From Podarcis erhardii (lineage: Eukaryota), in NCBI GenBank assembly GCA_964252035.1, contig OZ176205.1: a DNA stretch of 64,000 bases; one strand, given 5' to 3'. Positions 61,607 to 64,000 of this stretch are shown here, one piece after another. A program made the translations under genes and the position numbers. Numbering within the stretch: the first letter of the stretch is position 1; each line of letters starts with the position of its first letter. The notes beneath the pieces were generated by a model that worked only from the letters and a program-made list of their open reading frames with translations, was not told the DNA's origin and did no database searches.

Positions 61607-62377
61607 GTAAGGTCCAGCTTTGCTCTTGTTCATGAGAGATGAATAAGACAGTTTCAAACCGCCAAGTGTTTGGGTGCTGCATGGTGTGTGATCTTTGATG
61701 ATAAGAAGCCCAACACTCTGTTTTCCTGAATAAGATTGTAACTACTAATTGGACTTCTAACATGGTTTGCCTGCCCAGACTACATATGGAAGTTACTTTT
61801 GGTTCTTGTACTCCCTGCATCTGATGCTGGTATCAGAGAGTTTAGATAGGCACAGAAAATTCTGAGAACAGTTGATGTCCCATTTGATCTAGCCAAGATT
61901 ATCCCTCTCTGAATCCCATGCAGGGGATTTGCTTAGTTGCTTTAGCCCAGGGATGAAGGTATGAAAAGATAAATGAGAAAGCTATTTTGTATATTTTGAT
62001 GAGTTTCTAATCAGTCTGGAAGAAAGGACCTTTCAAGGATCTGACCTTGCAAATCGGGTATGTTGTTCTGTGGTGTCCAACTGATGTGAATTTACACCCT
62101 CACATAATAGAACAACTCCTCTCCCTCCAGTTCTGCTCCATGAATAGCACCCTTGGCTGCTTTAGTCATTCAGTGGTCTGACATTTTATTTCTTATTGAG
62201 CTCTGAAGCCATATACCTCTGGTGCTAGGCAGCTACACTTTCATGCCTTTTAAAAAGCATTAGTTAGTACTTTTTAACTGACTAAACTTGCTTAATTGAC
62301 TTTAATTGCTCCTGACCTTTGTAATAAGCCAAGCTAGGCAGTCAGGCAACAGGGAACCAAGGGTTAAAGGTGTGTTT

Positions 62378-62409
62378 TGCATGAGAGCTCTGATCTCACT
62401 AATTGCATG
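62378..62409 (+). promoter_or_regulatory. Two RBFOX-type TGCATG elements just upstream of the TYSC exon acceptor
   Basis: TGCATG at 62378-62383 and 62404-62409, within 65 nt of the AG at 62440-62441. Confidence 0.5.
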
Positions 62410-62441
62410 CTTTTTATGTGTTGTTGCTAAATGGTTTGCAG

Positions 62442-62500
62442 TTGGTGCATCTGGGTCCCAAAGGCTGGAGACATCCACAGTTCGCACATATTCCTGCTGA
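62442..62500 (+). CDS. PPFIA4: Stop-containing exon AB (VGASGSQRLETSTVRTYSC*), PDZ-binding C-terminus; the exon continues as 3'UTR to 62538
   Basis: gtttgcag| acceptor in the correct phase, TGA at 62498-62500, then a consensus donor CAG|gtaagt at 62539. Confidence 0.93.
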
Positions 62501-64000
62501 GATTCAGTTTCCAATGGGACCATTGGCCCAGGGCCCAGGTAAGTGTAGAAATTAGGGTAGAGCAGCTATATTCTAAGTAGTCTAGATAACTTCTAGAAAC
62601 TAATGAAATAAACCAGAAATCAATTTCTTTGTCTTCAGGCTTCTAAACATAATTTTTGTTGTCTGCCTTAATTCACTTGCAGGGAAGTTTCCTGTATCAC
62701 CAGTTCAGCTTTTTGTGCTATATGTGTAAGAGTCAGTATCATGACAAAAGAAGTTGCACAGGAGATTGTGCTGTATTCCCATGTTTGAACTTCAGCACCC
62801 CAGTGGCCTCACAATTTCTCTAGTCCATGTCAGACCAGAGGACCCAGCACAGTTGTTATATATCTGATGGGTGCCAGATTTATTCATTCAACAACCCTAG
62901 TCTCAACAACAACAAACATGGGCTTCAACACTTTAGCTCTGTCTTGGTGTTTGCAGGAGCAGTTGTTAGCACAGCAATATCTAGCATGTGTTATAGGTGA
63001 TTTCTCAATGCACACCAAACATCCAGTACTGCTTCAGTGGCCTCTCTTTGTAGGGCAATAAGGCACAAGCACATTTTTCTTCAGAGATATTGCAATCCAA
63101 CATTTAAATAATAGAAAGCAAAGACAAGTGGAAAAAGCCATGGAGCCCATAAAATAAGCCAACATCCATGAAGAAAGAGAGGAGAGACACCAAGAAGCTT
63201 AAATCTAGCTTGATTTCAGATTAAACCTCTGAATTACCAAAACAACTTATAGCAATTTTATCTAACTCCTTTCCCCCGATTTGTAATATATATATATTGC
63301 AGCCAGTACATAGAGGGCCACTCAGTGTGTTATGAAGCTATTATTGTCTCTCAAAAGAAACCAAACATTTTCTGCCAGAAGAGCCTTAGTTGATACTTAT
63401 TTAAGGTCAGTGCAGAGCTCAGTTCAGGAAGAGAATAATCATCTAAAACATATTGACAAGCTGTTTCCCATAGTTGGTTATCACCCAATTCTATATAGCA
63501 CAGTGCAGGAAAGAACTTAATTGCCATAGTAGCTGTTCTTTTATTATACTTGATTGAGTGCAATTCACTCTTGGCTTAATTGTTGGCCACCTGGGTTCTC
63601 TACGAAGAAGAACTGCTGATATTCCTGATGGTAGAGGGTATAGCTTCTGAAAAAATATTGTGCACAGTTTCTTAAACTTTAATGGAGTTCACACATTACT
63701 TTTAGATGTGTTTGATTCAGCAGAGAACCATATATTGTCAGGCTATGATCTGGAAAACCTGCCTGTAATTCTGTGCTCAGCTCTGAAGCTCTCTGAATGA
63801 TTTTGGGGAAGTCACTCTCCCTCAAGCTAATCTGCCTTACAGGTTTACTGTGAAGTTAAAATGTTGTTCTGAGTTTCTTGGAAGAAAGGAAGAATAGGAT
63901 TATAACTTGAATATATAGTAGAACTGATAGTACATGACAAAACGTCTTGAATCTTGCCTAGCAGATGCACCTACCTACCTACCAGGGACGAGCAACCTGT

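Overview
This is vertebrate, intron-rich genomic DNA, most likely a squamate. The Bov-B/Sauria, L2, CR1 and Tigger/hAT repeat mix suggests a lacertid lizard; the species is an inference. The window holds almost the whole + strand gene for the synaptic scaffold liprin-alpha-4 (PPFIA4). I traced 28 coding exons from 13270 to the stop at 62498-62500. All introns are GT-AG and phase-compatible, giving 3468 nt of CDS (1155 aa plus stop): N-terminal coiled coils, a Ser-rich linker, three SAM domains and a C-terminal ...VRTYSC PDZ ligand. The canonical first coding exon lies upstream of the window and the last 3'UTR exon is not identified. The introns carry many LINE fragments, SINEs, MITEs (several with exact target-site duplications) and microsatellites. 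Nearly all other ORFs in the six-frame track are intronic noise. I found no prokaryote-type system and no new multi-gene system. The best leads are splicing and isoform features of PPFIA4 and repeat biology. The splicing leads are a likely alternative first coding exon at 3907-3978, two consecutive recursive-splice-type exons, two microexons, an RBFOX-flanked PDZ-ligand exon and a very weak donor before the SAM domains. The repeat leads are SINEs with the same tail but different tRNA heads, and a Penelope-like insertion with a decayed hammerhead core. Comparisons to human paralog sequences are from memory, not from a database search.
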